Positions 24,584-36,671 of a stretch of 64,000 bases of DNA are shown here, in pieces. Each line of letters starts with the position of its first letter. Position 1 is the stretch's first letter. Location of the stretch: contig NC_085846.1 of the NCBI RefSeq assembly GCF_035594765.1, positions 108,239,190 through 108,303,189 on the forward strand, written 5' to 3'. Under the pieces are notes generated by a model. The model saw only the letters and a program-made list of their open reading frames with translations. It ran no database searches and was not told the DNA's origin. This DNA is from Anolis carolinensis. Lineage: Eukaryota. A program made the translations under genes and the position numbers.

Positions 24584-27500
24584 ATGTTAAAGAAAAAGCC
24601 TATCTGGGAGAAGAAGAGAAAAGGAGTGGCCCTGTATATTAATAACAAATTAAATTCATCTTTAGAATTTAAAGATAATGAGGGAAGAATAGTAGCAGTG
24701 AAAATCGAATTAAACTCAGAATCAATATTAATTTGTAATATTTATGCACCCAATGGGCCGAAAAGAAAATTTGTCAAAAATTTAAGAAATCATATCAAGG
24801 AAAGTGATTTCAATCATATTATTATAATGGGGGACTTTAATGGTATATTGGACAAAAACAGGGATAAAAAAGTAAATAAAAAGACCAAAATAAATAACAC
24901 ATTACCACAGAATTTTATAGCTCTAAAGAATGAACTTGATCTCCATGATTCGTGGAGATTGAGAAATCCCACCCAATTGGATTATACCTTCTATTCAAAC
25001 CGCCACAATTCGTGGTCAAGAATCGATATGATTTGGACGTCTAAATTATTAGCTACTAAAATAAATAAGGTAGAAATTCTTGCTAGAGACTTATCTGACC
25101 ACGGTGCTATTTTAATGGAAGTCAACAAGAAAAAAATAAATTTGAAATGGAGGTTAAATGATAATTTAATCAAAAGAGAAGAGGATATTATAAAAATTAG
25201 GCAAATGACGAAAGAATATTTCAAATTTAATAACATACAAGAGACCGACCCATTAATTATATGGGACGCCTACAAGGCAGTGGCTAGAGGGTTCTTTATT
25301 CAGCAAAAGAAGTTAAAAACGAGAATGAGAAATGAGAATTTAAAACAACTACAAAATCAAATAGAATTAAAGGAAAAAGTATTAAAAGTAAATCCTGGTA
25401 ATAATAAGATAAATCAGCAGTTAGCTATTCTAAGGAACCAGAAAAAAAACCTCGAATTAGATAACTTAGCAAATCAGGTAAAGTGGGCAAAACAATATTC
25501 ATTCAAAAACGCTAACAAGCCAGGAAAGTGGCTTGCTAGAATATTAAGGAAAAAAAGATATAGCCAACAAGTATTAAAAATAAATTCGCAAGGGAAAATA
25601 TTGTACACCGACGAGGAAATAAAGGAAGAATTTAAAAACTATTATGAGCAATTATATGAAAAGGAACGGATCAGTCAGGAGGAAATAGTAAAATACTTAT
25701 GCAAGCAAAAATTGCAAAAGATAACAGATGAGCAACGATTAGAATTAAATAAAGAAATAACACCCGAAGAAGTGAAAGGTGCGATAAAAGAATTAGAAGC
25801 AAATAAAGCGCCTGGATTAGACGGGTTTATAGCCGGGTTTTATAAAATTGAGCAGGAGGAGGTAATTGCACATCTGGTTCAAATAATGAATTTGGTCTTA
25901 ACAGAAAGTATTATCCCAAAAACATGGAGTGAAGCAGAGATAATAATGATTCATAAGGAAGGGAAAGACCAAAGTGAGGTTAAAAATTATCGACCCATAG
26001 CGTTGCTAAACTCGGATTATAAACTTTTTACAAAAATTTTGGCAAAAAGGCTATCAAAATTTCTAAATAATTGGATTGCAGACGATCAATCAGGCTTTTT
26101 ACCAAATCGTAGCACAAAAGATAATATTAGGATAATAATTGATGCAATCGAATATTATGAGCATAATCACCAAAAGACAGTAGGCTTTCTCGCACTAGAT
26201 GCCGAGAAAGCTTTCGACCAGTTGAATTGGGATTTTATAAAATTGTTATTACGAGAATTAGACATGGGGGCTCAATTTCAAAACAGTATAAATGCTATAT
26301 ACACTCAGCAAGAAGCCATTATTAGAGTAAATGGACAAACGTCTGGAAAGTTCAAAATCAATAGAGGGGCTAGACAGGGCTGTCCACTCTCGCCTTTAAT
26401 TTTTATATTGGCCCTAGAAATCTTATTGCGATCTATAAGGAAAGATAGTCAGCTAGCAGGAATAAAAGTAGATAGACAGGAAATAAAAGCCCGAGCATTT
26501 GCGGACGACGTAATCTGCATAATAGAAAACCCTAAGGATAATATCAGATTTTGGCTAAATAAAATTGAAGAATTCGGCAAATTAGCAGGGTTTAAAATTA
26601 ATAAAGATAAATCAGTGTTGTTGACAAAGAATTTGTCACCACAGGACCAGGAAATAATAAAGAAGGAAACGGGACTCCAACTAGCAAACAAAATTAAATA
26701 TTTAGGTATCTGGATTGCGGCAAAAAATAATCGCTTGCTGGAACTCAATTATATGAGGAAATGGAAAGAAATAAAAAAAGATCTGGAGGAATGGAAAAAT
26801 TTAAAGATATCTCTGTTAGGCAGAATAGCGACAGTAAAAATGTTAGTCCTTCCAAAGATGCTGTACCTATTTAGGAACATTCCTATAATAAGAAATAATC
26901 AACTGTTTAACAATTGGTACAAAGACATAAGAAAGTTTGTATGGAACAATAAAAGACCCAGGATTAAGCTCTCGACGATGCTAACCCCCAAAGAAAGAGG
27001 GGGGCTCGATTTGCCAGACCTTAAATTATATCATGAGGCCTGTGCTTTGGATTGGATTAGGGATTGGGCGAACCTAAAAAAAGTGAAAATTTTATCATTA
27101 GAAGGCTACAATTTAAGAAGGGGCTGGCATGGGTATTTATGGTATGGTAAACATAAAATTGAAAGGAATTTTGGTAATCATTTTGTTAGGTCGGCGTTAC
27201 TAAAAACTTGGACTAAGTACAAAAGATTTTTTTATGAAAAGACACCGCTTTGGCTCTCGCCGTTAGAAGCGAACCAGAGACGAGAACTAGGATGGATTTC
27301 CTGGCCAACGTATAAGGAGGTGTTAAACTGGTCAAATATGAATGGACTACCAGAGATTAAGAAGTTAGAAGAAATTCAAATTAATTACAAGAATGTATCA
27401 TGGCTACATTATTACCAGTTAAGAGAATGTTTTAGGGCTGATAAAAAACTGGGTTTTAGTCCAACTAATGAGTTTTGGGATATTATATTACATAGAGAGA

Positions 27501-28183
27501 AAAAGGTGATAACTATTTTATATAACAAATTAGCGGAGTGGGCCACGGAAAAGGAAGTAATAAAGGAACCAATGTTAAAATGGTCAAGAGACATAAACAG
27601 GCCAATTCTAATAAATGAATGGGAGGCGATATGGAATAAGAAAATTAAGTATTGCCGGGCCACTGACCTCAAGGAAAATTGGATTAAAACTATCCATAGG
27701 TGGTATCTGACGCCTAAAAAAATTGCCTTAATGTACAATAATATAGATAACAAATGTTGGAGATGTAGAGAGCAGGTTGGGTCATACATCCACATGTGGT
27801 GGAGCTGTAAAAAAGTTAAAAAGTTCTGGTCAATAATTAATTTGGAATGTAGGAAAATTCTGAAAATTAATTTGGAATATAAGCCTGACCACTACCTATT
27901 AGGGTTATATAATATCTTCGAAAACGAGAATAAAGTAGAAGCCAAAAATAAGGAGAATTTAGAGAAAATCTACACTTACTTAATAACGGCAGCGAGATTG
28001 GTAATTGCCAAATACTGGAAGCACTCAGAAACCCCTACTAGAGAGATGTGGTTAGACAAAGTAATGGAAATCAAGAACATGGATAAGCTAACCTTTTTGA
28101 CTAAAAAAAATACAGGAGGAATAATGAAAGAAACGGATTGGACACACTTTGAAGAATACGTAGAAGAAGAGCTAAGAAGATGA
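24584..28183 (+). CDS. L1 ORF2 (APE endonuclease lacking its N-terminus, reverse transcriptase, C-terminal CCHC knuckle); first 8 codons come from flank/TSD
   Basis: 1199-aa open frame with EN motifs NIYAPN, GDFN, SRID, SDH; RT motifs YRPIALLN, QGCPLSP, FADD, KYLG; CWRC-x8-H-x4-C. Confidence 0.95.
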   Translation: MLKKKPIWEKKRKGVALYINNKLNSSLEFKDNEGRIVAVKIELNSESILICNIYAPNGPKRKFVKNLRNHIKESDFNHIIIMGDFNGILDKNRDKKVNKKTKINNTLPQNFIALKNELDLHDSWRLRNPTQLDYTFYSNRHNSWSRIDMIWTSKLLATKINKVEILARDLSDHGAILMEVNKKKINLKWRLNDNLIKREEDIIKIRQMTKEYFKFNNIQETDPLIIWDAYKAVARGFFIQQKKLKTRMRNENLKQLQNQIELKEKVLKVNPGNNKINQQLAILRNQKKNLELDNLANQVKWAKQYSFKNANKPGKWLARILRKKRYSQQVLKINSQGKILYTDEEIKEEFKNYYEQLYEKERISQEEIVKYLCKQKLQKITDEQRLELNKEITPEEVKGAIKELEANKAPGLDGFIAGFYKIEQEEVIAHLVQIMNLVLTESIIPKTWSEAEIIMIHKEGKDQSEVKNYRPIALLNSDYKLFTKILAKRLSKFLNNWIADDQSGFLPNRSTKDNIRIIIDAIEYYEHNHQKTVGFLALDAEKAFDQLNWDFIKLLLRELDMGAQFQNSINAIYTQQEAIIRVNGQTSGKFKINRGARQGCPLSPLIFILALEILLRSIRKDSQLAGIKVDRQEIKARAFADDVICIIENPKDNIRFWLNKIEEFGKLAGFKINKDKSVLLTKNLSPQDQEIIKKETGLQLANKIKYLGIWIAAKNNRLLELNYMRKWKEIKKDLEEWKNLKISLLGRIATVKMLVLPKMLYLFRNIPIIRNNQLFNNWYKDIRKFVWNNKRPRIKLSTMLTPKERGGLDLPDLKLYHEACALDWIRDWANLKKVKILSLEGYNLRRGWHGYLWYGKHKIERNFGNHFVRSALLKTWTKYKRFFYEKTPLWLSPLEANQRRELGWISWPTYKEVLNWSNMNGLPEIKKLEEIQINYKNVSWLHYYQLRECFRADKKLGFSPTNEFWDIILHREKKVITILYNKLAEWATEKEVIKEPMLKWSRDINRPILINEWEAIWNKKIKYCRATDLKENWIKTIHRWYLTPKKIALMYNNIDNKCWRCREQVGSYIHMWWSCKKVKKFWSIINLECRKILKINLEYKPDHYLLGLYNIFENENKVEAKNKENLEKIYTYLITAARLVIAKYWKHSETPTREMWLDKVMEIKNMDKLTFLTKKNTGGIMKETDWTHFEEYVEEELRR

Positions 28184-28430
28184 ATCAAGCAGGACGACTA
28201 ACAGAAGATAGTAGAGCGGAAGTCCACCCCACTCCTTTCCCCCACCCCAATTCAGGGCTCCTTACCTACCACTATCCCTATCCCCTCCCAAGGACTGGTT
28301 TCCCCTCTCACCACCCACCCCTTTCCCCTTTCCCAATTCCCTGTCCTACAACTAATCTTCCCTTCCACCTTTCCCCTTAGGAGACAAGTGTTAAATGTAA
28401 ATTCTATAATAAAAATTATTACAAAAAAAA
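24609..28430 (+). mobile_element. Young 5'-truncated L1 retrotransposon
   Basis: Identical 20-bp TSD aaagaaaaagcctatctggg (24589-24608 and 28431-28450) at a TT/AAAG site; AATAAA at 28408; poly(A) from 28423; uninterrupted ORF2. Confidence 0.97.
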
Positions 28431-29614
28431 AAAGAAAAAGCCTATCTGGGCAACCTTTAGGCACATCTGGTAAGCCACTAAGATCCTAGGCTTTTAATAT
28501 GCAGGTCCTCCACCGACACACCAACACGGGAAGGCATTTGAATCCAAGTGGCCACAAATGATAGTATTTGCAAGTATTGATTGGAAGGCGGCCTTGGTAC
28601 CTTCTGTAAAGTCGGATGCAGAAACCCCTCATTCCCATCACCTCTAGTGTTATCATATATGGCCTATACTTCTGCCAGATCAGCAAGCCTCTCCTGAGAT
28701 ACATGAAACGAGTCTGAAATAGGCTTCCTCAGAGGCATAAGGCACTGCAAGCCATATACATTTGAAACCAGGTCCTTAAGGATACCAGTTCTCTCTTTTT
28801 TTATGAGAAGTAGAAAGGACCATCCGACATTTCAAAGATATGCCTTGTACTGTTTGATTGTATTGTTCTTACAGGCCCTATTTATACAAATACAGAAAAC
28901 TATGCCAATTGCTACTTCTTTGTCTTGAGATTTTTAACATGCTTGGACACACATGTCCCAGTTTCATCTTCAAGATGTTGGAGAATATACAGCCCCTGAA
29001 TCCATTTGTATCTCCTTCTTCCCATCCTTAAACATGAGCAAAGCAAAAGAAATATTGTCATAACAATGGCTGGAAACTGAATGCCAAAACAACTCTTCTA
29101 TAACGAGGAGGAAAACTTTCAGCACTTGGCTTGTCCAGAGCTCTTGTCTGAGCCCACACCTTTCCGTTTATATCTCTGAACATATCCAAAATATAGGAAA
29201 GCTTTCTCAAGTGTATATTGAAATGTCCTTCCCTCAGTGGCACTAGGCCGCCAATAAAGAAGAATCCTATTTCAGCATCAGGCTGTGTGTGAGAAGATGG
29301 AAATATTGAAACTGTGAGCCACATTTTGTTATCCTGTCACTTGTTGAGGGACTTGTGTGAAAAAGTAATTGCTCCTTTATTGCTGCCTCATTCAGCTGAT
29401 TGTTTTCTCCTTGAGGATTGCAGTGCTCTGGTCATGCGAAAACCTGAAAAACTTTTTTATTGGCTTCTATTAAAACATGGGCTATAATCCAGTCCTGAAT
29501 TAATTTTGAATTAATTTAGGGACTTTATAGACATGCCAAGGTCCTTCAAGATATATTTTTCATTAGTTTCAGCACCAGGGGTATATTTTTGATATATGAC
29601 TGTTGCATTATCAG

Positions 29615-30079
29615 TACAGTTTCCTTTGCTGGAACTGTGAAATTCAGAATGCTTCAAAATCCAAAATGGTGTACATGGATGGCTGAGATAGTTACTAAAA
29701 ATACTGTAAACTATGTATACAAATGAATTTCATGTTTAGACTTGGGTCACATCCCTAATATATTTCATTGGCGTAGTGGATTAAAGCCTTGTGACTTGAA
29801 GGTAGCTCCCTCTATCAGCTCCAGCTCCATGTGTGGACATGAGAGAAGCCTAACACAAGGATGATAAAAACATCAAAACATCCGGGCGTCCCCTGGACAA
29901 CATCCTTGCAGACGGCCAATTCTCTCACACCAGAAGTGACTTGCAGTTTCTCAAATCACTCCTGACACACACACACAAATATATCCAAACATAAGTATTT
30001 CAAAATCAAGTGGGGGGGGGGGGCAGTCTAAATAACTTCTGGTCCCAACCATTTTGGATAAGGCATATTCAATATGTAT
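29615..30079. mobile_element. Old Tigger/MER46-like MITE interrupted by a SINE
   Basis: tttagacttgggtc.catccc..atatatttcatt ... acttctggtcccaa.cattttggataagg.ata.tcaa..tgta. Confidence 0.65.
29770..29978 (+). mobile_element. tRNA SINE with Vingi-like tail
   Basis: catccgggcgtcccctgg.caac.tccttgcagacggcc...gacttgcagtttctcaa.tc.ctcctgacac; paralogues at 33752 and 44344. Confidence 0.85.
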
Positions 30080-30258
30080 TAGGATAGATTCCTCCTGGTT
30101 ATGTATTGTGCTTATTAAAGTTGCATGGATACAAATAAAATTTTACATCCTATGATTTTTGCCTCTCCCTTCTGCAGAGTAAATAATCTAGAATTTGGAT
30201 TATATCATTGACTGCTAAGAGATTGCTATCAACAGGGCAAAGGAAGCAGTTTCCTGAA

Positions 30259-30468
30259 GGAGTCAATATGGCATAGTGAGCTGAGTATCACTATGCTCAA
30301 TTCATCTCTCTACCCAACCATAAAAACTCAGTGGATGTCTTTGAGTAAGTTACTCTCTCTCGGTGAAAGGCAAAGCAAATCTGGTCTAAACATTCTTACC
30401 AAGCAAACCCTACAATAATGTTGCCATAGGTCACTGTTGACTTGAAGGCACATAACAATACCAACAAC
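30259..30468 (+). mobile_element. CORE-type SINE with RTE-like tail (old)
   Basis: Ends gacttgaaggcacataacaataccaacaac. Confidence 0.7.
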
Positions 30469-33218
30469 AGTGTTCTCCACTAACAGATATGTTTCTATTA
30501 TATACCCTGTTTTGGACTTACTAAACTACCCTTCAACTGTGGGACCAGAAAAGACATCATCAGTCTGGAAGTAAGATCCAGCTGCCAATCCACACGGAAT
30601 AAGTGAACAAATGTCTTAAGCCTTGCCCTACCCATAAAGTCTCTACAAATCCACCTTTCAATGGGTTGTAATTACAAGCCACTCATGGAGACGGCTGCAG
30701 TTCCAGATGGGGAAAAGGAAGCAGATTGTCAGCTTTCTCTTCTCCCTGCCCCTGTAAAAAGAAATCTTTGGATGTGCTGTCAATAATAACTGATGACAGT
30801 GTGACAGAGGCTCCCTCGCCTACCGGATCAGACCTGCCTAGGAAACAGAAGACGGGACCCGGGTTGGTGATTTCATGGAGACGAGCTTTGGCTGCCTTCC
30901 CAAAGAAACGTGACTAAGCAAGAAGCCCGGCCTCCTCGTTCTTGCAAAGTTGTGTTGCGCCTGTACATTACGGCATGGATGAGCAAGCCATCTCTCATTA
31001 TCGCTTCCATCTCTCATGCCGGCTTGTGTGGTGTGATAAGGAATTAGGTTCAGCAAATTAGACGAAGGAGAGGGAATTTAGAAATGACACCCCTGGTGAT
31101 TGATGATCCCAATAAGCCGTATGCTAAGGAGGTTCTCCCTCCGCTCCTTCTTACCCTCTGCCAACCTCTTGCTCCGGTGCATAAAACAAAGCCGCTCAAC
31201 AGCAGCCACTCTATATGAAAGAGGTAATGAGACATCTATGAAACAACACATGGAAATCATGAGAGGCCACGGATTTCAAATCCAAGGTACTTCTCTGCTT
31301 TATTTTATGGCATCTTGTCAATGTGACATTCAGTCACGCATTTATTGTGGTTGCTACTTAGCCAATGAAATTAAGCCATTCTTATTGCAGACCCCCAGCT
31401 TTCCCATTTTGCTGGTGCAACTTTGCCATAGCTCCTACTTTCTGATTATTTAACACCCAAATTACAGAAATTGCAGGATGACCTATGGAGTTTGCTTGGC
31501 TTTTTTCCCTTCCACCCCAGCGATGACATAAATAACCACAAAAGGGGAAGTGACCTTTAGGTTAATACCTGATTGCACTCGTGTTAATATTCGCTTATAT
31601 TTTACTCTGCAGTCTTGAAACCATAATTGGAAATGGAGCACACAGGAATATTGAGAGAAGTGTTTTGAACAGATGTCAAAAGAGGCACTACTTTTCAGCC
31701 TCTGACTTATTGGACTTGAAGTCCTGAAAAATCTAGTAGAAGGTCAGCTATGCTGGATATTGAAAAGAAGGAATAATAAAAGAAGTATAGATGATTTCAG
31801 TTTCTTCTTTTTTTGTGCTTCTAGTTGAGGTCCAAAGGTCCATGGCTTTTCTACAGTAAGATGGAGAAAATCTCAATGGATCATTGCAGTTTTTTATGTT
31901 TCATGAAATAATAGGGATATAATTCTGAAAAGTGCAATCAACAGAAGACCTCATGGCATTTGCCTGGAAATTATACGGCAATTGCATAGAACCCAATGAG
32001 GTATATTATTGGCTAAATGGTAGAAACCAAATGAAGTTGACAAACATCTGTATATTTTCTTATATGTTCTATGGCTGAGCTATGTCTTTAGTTTAAACTA
32101 TAGGTCATTACACAATTTCTGTAGTAAACTGAGGTTTTGGGCTGTGTGCATTGCTTTTTGAATGGCAAAAAATAGTTGTATCTAAAACCATCCATTTAAC
32201 AAAGCAGAGGAAGCCAAGGGAAAGTGGTAATTTTGGGCCCTGAGCAACAAGCACAATGCTAGTATTCAGCATGCATCTTTAATGTGTTATAGAAGCCTTT
32301 CTGCATGTATTTGGAGGCTGCTCAGCCACCTGAGACCATGGCGAAGGGACACAGAATCATTCTACAGCATTTGCTCTTATCATAATAGCACAGGTGTCTG
32401 TGGTCTCTTCAGTACTGATGCGCATTGCGAGCACAGCCTAGATTTTACCGGCAAATAATTCAGGATATTTCCATCCCAGTTGTTCCTGACTGAAGCGGCT
32501 ACATCCTGACCATAAAGCAGGAAAACACTGAAAGGTTGCTGGCCTCATTCCTCTCAGGGAGAAGAGGAAGGGGAAAATTTGCACTTCCCAGTAGGCTCTG
32601 CCGAAATCAAACTGCTGCAGCCTCTTTGAAGTTGCATAATCACTTTCTCCATCATGACCACATGCTTATGTTGCTTCCCTACACATGACCAAAATATTTT
32701 CACTTCCAAGATGAAGGAAAGTATGATAACAGAGATCTCCAAGTGAGAGTAGGAAAGAATCCTAGTTGATATTTTAAATTCCTTCTGTTGTGGCAATGCT
32801 GGAATAGATGAACTTATTATGGTCTGGCCCAGTATAAGGCAGCTTTCATTGCTGCAGATGCAGAAAGCCAGACCTCATTCTGTTTTCTCTGGCATTGCTC
32901 ATTTTTCCTTGTCTTGAAATCACTCAAAACAAGATTCTTGCCACTCTCATGTCTCACCCTCGCCCACACAGATTTTTGCCCACTTTGTGAATTGTGTCTA
33001 ATTAAGTGTCTTTTGTGGCCCAAGTTTTGTCATGCCAAACATGGTAGGAAGGGATGGAGAAAACCTGCTTTGAGCACTGTTTTCCCTCCAAGGGTTTGGT
33101 TGGTGTTTTTAAAAATTGGTCATTGTCTTACAGCGTCATATCGGGGAGAGTCTCAAAACATATTCATAGCACTCATTAAGACTCAGAAACGTTGGCCAGT
33201 TTTCTATATTCACAGCTT

Positions 33219-33424
33219 AGGACTCATTCACACTACAGAATGATAGCACTACCACTCCACTTTAACTGCCATAGTCCCATCCTATGGAATCCTGGGATTT
33301 GTAGTTTGGCAACACACAAATTAGTCTGGCTATGAAATCTAAATTACCCTCCCTAAACCACAACTTCCATAGGGCAGTTCATGTGGAGTAATGGTAATAT
33401 CCATCTATAGCATGAATGAGCCCC
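33219..33424. mobile_element. Palindromic Harbinger-like MITE (older subfamily)
   Basis: TIRs ggactcattcacacta / tagcatgaatgagccc. Confidence 0.7.
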
Positions 33425-33500
33425 TGGTTAAATATATTAAAGTTACCTGGGTTTGTTCATCTCTAACTGTTCTGTAGTCATGATCATAGTCATGACTTAA

Positions 33501-33706
33501 GAGTGTGTCTGCATTATAGAATTAATGCAGTTTGACACTACATTAACTGTCATGGCTAAATCTTACAGCATAATTGGAGTTATCATTTTACAAGGTCTTT
33601 AGCCTTTTCTGTCAAAGAGTGCTGGTGCCTCACCAAACTGCAATTCCCATGATTCCATAGCATTGAGTGGTGTCGAAATGTGTTAATTCTACAATGTAGA
33701 AGCAAC
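33501..33706. mobile_element. Palindromic Harbinger-like MITE
   Basis: tagaattaatgcagtttgacac...gtgtcgaaatgtgttaattctacaatgtaga; same family as 43508. Confidence 0.8.
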
Positions 33707-33751
33707 TGTAGTCACAACTAGGAAACTATTATCATAATTATCATAATTATT

Positions 33752-34155
33752 GCCCCCGGTGACACAATGGGTTAAACCAATGGTTCTCAACCTGGGGTCC
33801 CCAGATGTTTTTGGCCTTCAACTCCCAGAAATCCTAACAGCTGGTAAACTGGCTGGGATTTCTAGGAGTTGTAGGCCAAAAACATCTGGGGACCCCAGGC
33901 TGAGAACCACTAAACACTTGTGCTGGCAGGACTGCTGACCTGAAGGTTGCTGGTTCGAATTTGGGGAGAGTGTGGATGAGCTCCCTCTATCAGCTCCAGC
34001 TCCCCATGTGGGGACATGAGAGAAGGCTCCCAGAAGGATGATAAAACATCAAAACATCCGGGCATCCCTTGGGCAACGTCCTTGCAGACGGTTAATTCTC
34101 TCACACCAGAAGTGACTTGCAGTTTCTCAAGTCGCTCCTGACATGAAAAAAAAAA
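33752..34155 (+). mobile_element. tRNA SINE with Vingi-like tail, interrupted by a hAT MITE
   Basis: Head gcccccggtgacacaatgggttaaac, B box ggttcgaat, tail gtcgctcctgacatg(A)n. Confidence 0.88.
33778..33911. mobile_element. hAT palindromic MITE nested in a SINE head
   Basis: caatggttctcaacctgggg...ccccaggctgagaaccact; right TSD partly deleted. Confidence 0.9.
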
Positions 34156-35707
34156 TCATAATGATGCCTCCTCCCTTTCGCAAACATATATTAGCTGCAT
34201 TAAGAGAGGAGGGTTCTTCTCCTAATGTGGATATTATATAACAAAATATGTTTTCAAGATATAATGTGAATTTTAATTTTTTTAAAATTATTTTGAAATG
34301 AATAAAGAGAAGTGGGTCCTTTTTGCAAGCAATCAGAGCACAAATAAATGATATTTCCATAAGGTTGGTGGTGGTCAGGCCAGGAGACATTGCTTAAGTT
34401 GCTTTAGAAAGTAACTGATGTAGAATACCAGCCATTCTTTGCTGATATTCAATATTTAAGACAGCCAGATATAATATATATATATGAGCCTAATTCCAGG
34501 TTTGGTGGATGCAGCGGTATTCAACTTATTTGTTCAAGCTAACATTTAGACATCATGGATGTTTTACAAGCAGCTAGAAAAAGCAAGAAAACAGGATTAA
34601 TCAGGACTGTCCTTACTAAATTGGAAAGTTGGACAGGATGAAGTCTTGCACTTTGAAGCTCTGCTCTTGAACTCCATTTTTACTGGCTTTGGAATTAATA
34701 TTAAACAAAATCTAAATACACTTTGCATTTATGGGAGAGATGGGGGTGATAAGAAAGGAACAGAAAGAACAATATTGTGCCACACATAATTGTGACTGCA
34801 AGGATTTCATTTGTGGAAACAAATTAAACATGGATCGTTTCCTGTAACTCTCTAACAATTATTAAATTTCCTTGCAGCCATATTGGCAGAAGGCAAGGAA
34901 ATAAACCTCTTTAGTATATATTAGAAACAATATTTCTCTCTTCCCATTACTAACAGGAAAATACAATGTTTTTTTCCAACTTGCTTTTAATAAACAGTAT
35001 TTTTTTTCATTTTTGTAGTAATTCTGAGTTATTGCATAAGCGTTTTGGTCATGATCTACAGATTACAAACAACAGGATCAGTTGTGACAGAACCTCTTGA
35101 CAACTTTGATTAGCTGGTTTTGCTTTTTGTTATTGTTATGTACCTTCAACTCATTTCTGACTTAGGGTATATATTAGGCTTGATCGATCCACGAAAAATT
35201 TGATTCTAAACTCGTTTCAAAACTAGAGGGGGGCAGCTTTTCGTTTCTGATGGTATTTCCGAATTTGGCCCCCAAAAAAAATTCGAAATTAACGAAAATT
35301 CGTTATTTTCTAAATTAATTCGTTAATGGCGGACGCGCATGCGCAATTCCCAAAAACAGCACAGAGGGAGAGGACTTTACAGGACTCTCCCACCCTCATT
35401 TTTTGAGTGATCTTCTTCAAAATTGGTACAGTGGTAGAACACATTTAACACTGATAGCTCACCAAAATTTGGAACGTTTCCCTTATCCTCTGATTTTTGG
35501 CGAATTTTCATAGCTTTTATAATAAACCATTTTTTAATAATTGCAGAAATCTGTTCCTGGTTTGAAAGTCTTATTTCCTGTTAAATTGGGTTGTCTTTAC
35601 TGTGAAAGTCATTGTTCTACTTCAGAAACTTTGTTTTTGTGGCTGAAACTTTGTTAAATTGGTGTGTGTGTGATATATACTGTGTATATATATATAGTCC
35701 CTGCATA

Positions 35708-35708
<1 letters not shown>

Positions 35709-35740
<32 letters not shown>
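35709..35740. repeat. (TG)n microsatellite
   Basis: Read directly. Confidence 0.98.
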
Positions 35741-35743
<3 letters not shown>

Positions 35744-35744
<1 letters not shown>

Positions 35745-36073
35745 GGTAAAGGTAAAGGTATCCCTTGACGTTAAGTTCAGTCATGTCTGACTCTGGGGGT
35801 TGGTGCTCATCTCCATTTCTAAGCCCAAGAGCCAGTGTTGTCCATAGACACCTCCAAGGTCATGTGGCCGGCATGACTACATGGAGTGCCATTACCTTCC
35901 CGCCACAGCGGTACCTATTGATCTACTCACATTGGCATGTTTTCAAGCTGCTAGGTTGGCAGAAGCTGGAGCTAACAGCGGGCACTCACTCTGCTCCTGG
36001 GATTTGAACCTGGGACCTTTCGGTCTGCAAGTTCAGCAGCTCAGTGCTTTAACACACTTCGCCATCGGGGCTC
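35744..36073 (-). mobile_element. Sauria SINE nested in the composite hAT
   Basis: Full length, from (ACCTTT)n tail to gagccccgatggcg head. Confidence 0.95.
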
Positions 36074-36179
36074 ATGTATATATAATATACATACACATAC
36101 ACACAATGTGGAGAATATGTGGAAAGGTAGATAGATAAGTTGGGAGCCACAGCGAAGGCACCTTCCTGGGAGCAAGGTC

Positions 36180-36233
<54 letters not shown>
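36180..36233. repeat. (TAA)n microsatellite
   Basis: Read directly. Confidence 0.98.
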
Positions 36234-36235
<2 letters not shown>

Positions 36236-36384
36236 TCCTTACAATATCCAAGATGGCTCACTGCTACAGAATCTTGGGAGGTTTAGTTTGATATGGTACC
36301 ATTATTGGCAAAGAAAGCTAAGCTGTAGGAGTTGAAATCCAATCATTTATCCTCCCTATAGAATCAATTTTATATGCATTTTTA

Positions 36385-36670
36385 GCTACAGAAAAGCTAA
36401 AATCAGGACAGTAAAAGAACAACACCCAGAAAATGGGAATTCCAGACAGGAAACAATCAGGGCCAGCTAATACCTCCCAACAAAGGATTCCCCCAGGTAG
36501 GAAGCAGCCAGGCTTTGAAGCTGCAAGGCTATTCAATGCTAATCAAGGTGACCAATTGCAACATTCACACTTGCCTCCCACAGACAAGAGTTCTTTCTCC
36601 CACCCTGGACCTTCCACAGATATATAAACCCCACTTGCCTAGCTTCGCACAGACGTCAAAACCTCTGAGT
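36385..36670 (+). mobile_element. Penelope-like fragment inside the composite hAT
   Basis: Colinear (reverse complement) with 62520-62695; stops at acctctgag, the first hammerhead core box. Confidence 0.85.
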
Positions 36671-36671
36671 A

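Noticed and set aside
24584-28183. Host gene or domesticated reverse transcriptase
   Set aside because: TSD, poly(A) tail, 5' truncation and A-rich codons mark it as a recent L1 copy.
24991-28188. Antisense ORFs within L1
   Set aside because: Shadow frames of the long sense ORF, with no motifs.
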